Assembly (NCBI GenBank): GCA_963674865.2
Contig: CAXXYE010000008.1
Location: 480,001 to 544,000 of the forward strand
Length of the DNA: 64,000 nucleotides
From: Candidatus Hydrogenedentota bacterium
GTDB lineage: Bacteria; Hydrogenedentota; Hydrogenedentia; Hydrogenedentales; SLHB01
Reading direction: 5' to 3'
Of the stretch, positions 61,097 to 64,000 are shown in pieces. Each line of letters opens with the position of its first letter. Position 1 is the first letter of the stretch. The notes beneath the pieces are model-generated. The model was not told where the DNA came from and searched no databases. It saw only the letters and a program-made list of their open reading frames with translations. Both the position numbers and the translations under genes were made by a program.

Positions 61097-62446
61097 ATGA
61101 ACCATGCGGCGCCTAGGTTTTTGATCCTTTCAGTCGCTTCCCTGTTTCTCATCGTGGCATGCCAGGCCCACGCAGAGTCAGACAACGATTTCACGTCCCC
61201 CGTCACGACGCTCGAGCAGTTTCAGCAAGCCCGGGCTCTTGGCGACCAGGCCGATTCCTTCCAGGACAAGACGCGATACTGGCGACGTGCTCTTACTTGG
61301 CAATCCAACGATATCGAATGGCTCCATCTCGCCTGGCAGTTCGCCAACAGCCTAAAGGCGGAATGGCATCACACCGGTGGCCAAGGACACGGCCCGCGTC
61401 TCGATCACCCGTACTACCGCGAATCCGAATCCGTATATCGCGAGATTCTTGATCGCTTCGACCACATGGATCTGTACAGCAAGAACGGGGCCGACGCGAT
61501 TGAGGACGACTCTCTCTTGGTGGCCAATGCCGCATGCAATGGCTTGAATGACTATCCCCTCTTTCTCACCATGATGCAGGATTTCCACGACCGGCGCGTC
61601 AAGGAATGGCTGGATGAGCCGGCTCCCGTCAAACCGCAGACATCGGCGCTTCTCCTCGAATCAAGGTACAAGCGCTGGCCCTATGAACAGCGCGTCGCGG
61701 ACTGGCTGGAGCGCCGGAGCCGCGCTTGCGAAGGCCAGGTGTTCTCCCCAATCGAGCTCTTGTTGATAGACGGCGCCGTCAAGCGCTACGCATACCGCTG
61801 CCGTGAGGATAACGACGACAAGGATCCCGTGCCCGGCCTGGCCGATCTGGCGACTCGCTACACGGCTCCCGCCATCTCCTCGGCCATCCACAAATACGTG
61901 GAGGTCGAATCGCCGCCGTTTCCGCGGGCGCCCGTTGCCGCGGACAAAGTTGTTGAACTCACCCTTCTCACGTCGCACACCCTCGACAACAGATCCGTTG
62001 GCGCATCGAAACTCGACTTCGATACGGGCGCCGTCGTCGCAAATCCTATCCAGTGGTCCAGCCGCAGCCAGCAATCGCTCTGGATGAAGCGCGGAGGCAT
62101 CGACATTGAGGTCGACCATCCTTGGGACGACCTCATGAGGCTCATCGCCTTCGACCTCGAACTGATTGCGGTGCCGGGGGCATCCTGGAACGAGGGCGCT
62201 GCTTCCTGGGAGCAATTCAAGGCGTCTGAAATCAAGAAGGGTGTGTTGAGCAGTGCTCACCGCGGCGGCGGACAAATGGAATGCCGCATCCTCGCGAACA
62301 CCACCCTCCCCGCCACTTTCGCCTTCCGAACACGCGAAGGCGGTGTGGGCATTCTTCAACTCACCGAGATGAAAGAACGCTCCGAGCATGTGCGTGAATA
62401 CAGTGCGCGTTACCGCCTAGACAAGCCGGGCGAACTTGGCCCATAG
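61097..62446 (+). CDS. Hypothetical secreted protein
   Basis: 449-aa ORF, signal peptide ending AHA, GGAGG RBS. Confidence 0.7.
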   Translation: MNHAAPRFLILSVASLFLIVACQAHAESDNDFTSPVTTLEQFQQARALGDQADSFQDKTRYWRRALTWQSNDIEWLHLAWQFANSLKAEWHHTGGQGHGPRLDHPYYRESESVYREILDRFDHMDLYSKNGADAIEDDSLLVANAACNGLNDYPLFLTMMQDFHDRRVKEWLDEPAPVKPQTSALLLESRYKRWPYEQRVADWLERRSRACEGQVFSPIELLLIDGAVKRYAYRCREDNDDKDPVPGLADLATRYTAPAISSAIHKYVEVESPPFPRAPVAADKVVELTLLTSHTLDNRSVGASKLDFDTGAVVANPIQWSSRSQQSLWMKRGGIDIEVDHPWDDLMRLIAFDLELIAVPGASWNEGAASWEQFKASEIKKGVLSSAHRGGGQMECRILANTTLPATFAFRTREGGVGILQLTEMKERSEHVREYSARYRLDKPGELGP

Positions 62447-62554
62447 CACGAGTGGCCGAACAAAGGCATCGAACTGCTCATCAGTCGCGGGGCCGTTCAC
62501 AGGCGACGAATAGAATCCTCGGAGGCGTGTATAAGAGAGCGTAGAGGAGGGCCG

Positions 62555-63445
62555 GTGCACATGGAGAAGGACAACACGGCCGTGGCGCCCGCGGAGCCAA
62601 TCGGACGACGCTGCCGAATGGTAGGCGTTGGCCTGGGCGTCAGCTATCTGCTGATGCCGACAGTTATGCTCAACCTCCGTCTCAGCAATGTCCTCTGGGC
62701 GCTCCTGAATGCGTGCTGTATCCCTGCGGGCCTTCTCGCCCTGGGATTTCTCGCCGCCTCGTTGTGGCGGGCCCCAGGCCGCGACTGGCGCGCAGCAGAT
62801 CGTGCCTTCGGCATCTTTCTTGTCACGGCCGCGGCCCTTATGATAGGCGCCCGAGTCTCTTCAAGTTGGACATCGAGTGCCCCTTTCTACACCGAGGCCA
62901 CTCAGCGGCTGATGTTTGCCAGATGGCTTCTGGGGCTCCTACTCGTCCTGTCAGGCGCCGGCCTGCTCTTCACGCGTTATTCCTTGGCCTCCATTCCCCT
63001 GGGCCTCTTGGCGGCTCTGATGCTGCTATCCCATTTCAGTCCTATCAAACCGGATCACCCGGACTACCTAAAGAGACGCGAGCAAGCCGCCCGCATGGAG
63101 CCTTTCGACCAGGCCGTAGACGACACCTTCTGGGAAGCTTACTCGTTCACACGAGATCCGGAAGCCGTGGCCGCACTCGTCGGTGGCCTGCCTCCGGAGG
63201 CGCGAGCCGCCCTTTCCGACGTATTGGGGGAGGAGGCAGTCCAGGCCCTTCTCGAACGCGGCGACGACCGTGTCTTTCTACAGATCTTCCGCCCCGGCAT
63301 CCGGCGCGATGAAGACGGCGGCTTCGTTGGCGCTTCACCCGCACTGCGCCCCGGTATCAGAGTTATTGCTCCCGGGAACCGCCTGCTCTTTCTTGTCGTC
63401 TTGGCCTACGCGTTGACTCGATCCGTCATGGCTAGGCGGTCGTAA
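62555..63445 (+). CDS. Hypothetical membrane protein
   Basis: 296-aa ORF with about 6 hydrophobic helices, GAGGAGG RBS. Confidence 0.7.
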   Translation: MHMEKDNTAVAPAEPIGRRCRMVGVGLGVSYLLMPTVMLNLRLSNVLWALLNACCIPAGLLALGFLAASLWRAPGRDWRAADRAFGIFLVTAAALMIGARVSSSWTSSAPFYTEATQRLMFARWLLGLLLVLSGAGLLFTRYSLASIPLGLLAALMLLSHFSPIKPDHPDYLKRREQAARMEPFDQAVDDTFWEAYSFTRDPEAVAALVGGLPPEARAALSDVLGEEAVQALLERGDDRVFLQIFRPGIRRDEDGGFVGASPALRPGIRVIAPGNRLLFLVVLAYALTRSVMARRS

Positions 63446-63532
63446 GAACAGAGTACGGCGACGCTGAGGACGTTTGGGGGCCGTTTCCCGGCGCTCTTGC
63501 GGCCTACCTGGCAGTATTGGCTAGCCGAGGCG

Positions 63533-63561
63533 TTGACCTCTTCTGGGACAAGGCGTAGTGT
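63533..63561 (+). promoter_or_regulatory. Putative sigma70 promoter, duplicated module copy 2
   Basis: TTGACC-17 nt-TAGTGT. Confidence 0.55.
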
Positions 63562-63712
63562 GGTTGCAGGACACGCCTAGTGCGGTTGTGAGCAGGCCTG
63601 CACGGGGAATCCGGGGAGAGAGATCGACGACGGTTTCCGTATTCGACAAGGCGCGTGGAGCATGTTCACGTGTCAGCGGCGGGGCCTGTGGATATGTCTT
63701 TGGAGCGGAATT

Positions 63713-64000
63713 ATGCTGACACAACAGTTGATGGCACGTTCTCTTGTTCTCGTGTTGATGCTCACGGCCTTCTCGTGTCGGAATTCGGTGATCGATGAAG
63801 TCGCCGAATCACCGGAGGTCGCTCGAACGGCAGGAGCAGACTCAGGAGCGGCCGACCTCCGCGCCTCCTGCAAAGGCAACTTGGAGACGCTCGGGATTGC
63901 GCTTCAGATGTTCGGCAGTGAGAGCGACAATGGTGACTGGCCTGCGCTTGATCGACGGCCGGGTCGACTCTTTTTCAAGGCTGAAGACGTCTTCCCGACG
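63713..64000 (+). CDS. Partial exported protein with DUF1559-like segment (runs off the window)
   Basis: Manual translation MLTQQLMARSLVLVLMLTAFSC...RASCKGNLETLGIALQMFGSESDNGDWP resembles the R..C.NNL.Q.G.A..MY DUF1559 motif. Confidence 0.55.
   Translation, partial: MLTQQLMARSLVLVLMLTAFSCRNSVIDEVAESPEVARTAGADSGAADLRASCKGNLETLGIALQMFGSESDNGDWPALDRRPGRLFFKAEDVFPT

Noticed and set aside
62454..62515. GCCGAAC-aaaggc-ATCGAAC after the 61097-62446 gene resembles the left half of an integron attC site
   Set aside because: No matching GTTRRRY right end at the right spacing, no second copy and no integrase in the window.

Overview
GC-rich bacterial genomic window, probably from Candidatus Hydrogenedentota or a similar PVC-like lineage. 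This is inferred from a C-terminal dockerin-like module, 'GCP'-type exported proteins, a membrane-anchored ECF sigma fusion and a DUF1559-like partial gene. It holds about 50 genes. The main feature is a compact bacterial microcompartment (BMC) locus at 22.6-27.9 kb: BMC-T(dp), BMC-H, three BMC-P, a PduT-like BMC-T, an acylating aldehyde dehydrogenase and a class II aldolase, both enzymes with encapsulation-peptide-like helices. It resembles the functionally unresolved Haliangium-type metabolosome, but here a GNAT acetyltransferase is embedded among the shell genes and an IlvE-like aminotransferase lies directly upstream. Other content: tRNA-Val(GAC) with an intact IS4/IS10-group element (IRs plus 9-bp target duplication) next to its promoter; several glycoside hydrolases, one of them a GH36-like protein apparently lacking catalytic residues; a sulfatase and an arylsulfotransferase; a pair of GT-C/TMTC-like membrane glycosyltransferases; a 1.86 kaa surface protein; two ECF sigma systems; two REP-like hairpins; and a duplicated promoter/leader. 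Several genes carry single-base frameshifts in G/C homopolymers, most likely long-read assembly errors. No CRISPR array or rRNA was seen. All family assignments come from motif recognition by eye, not database searches.
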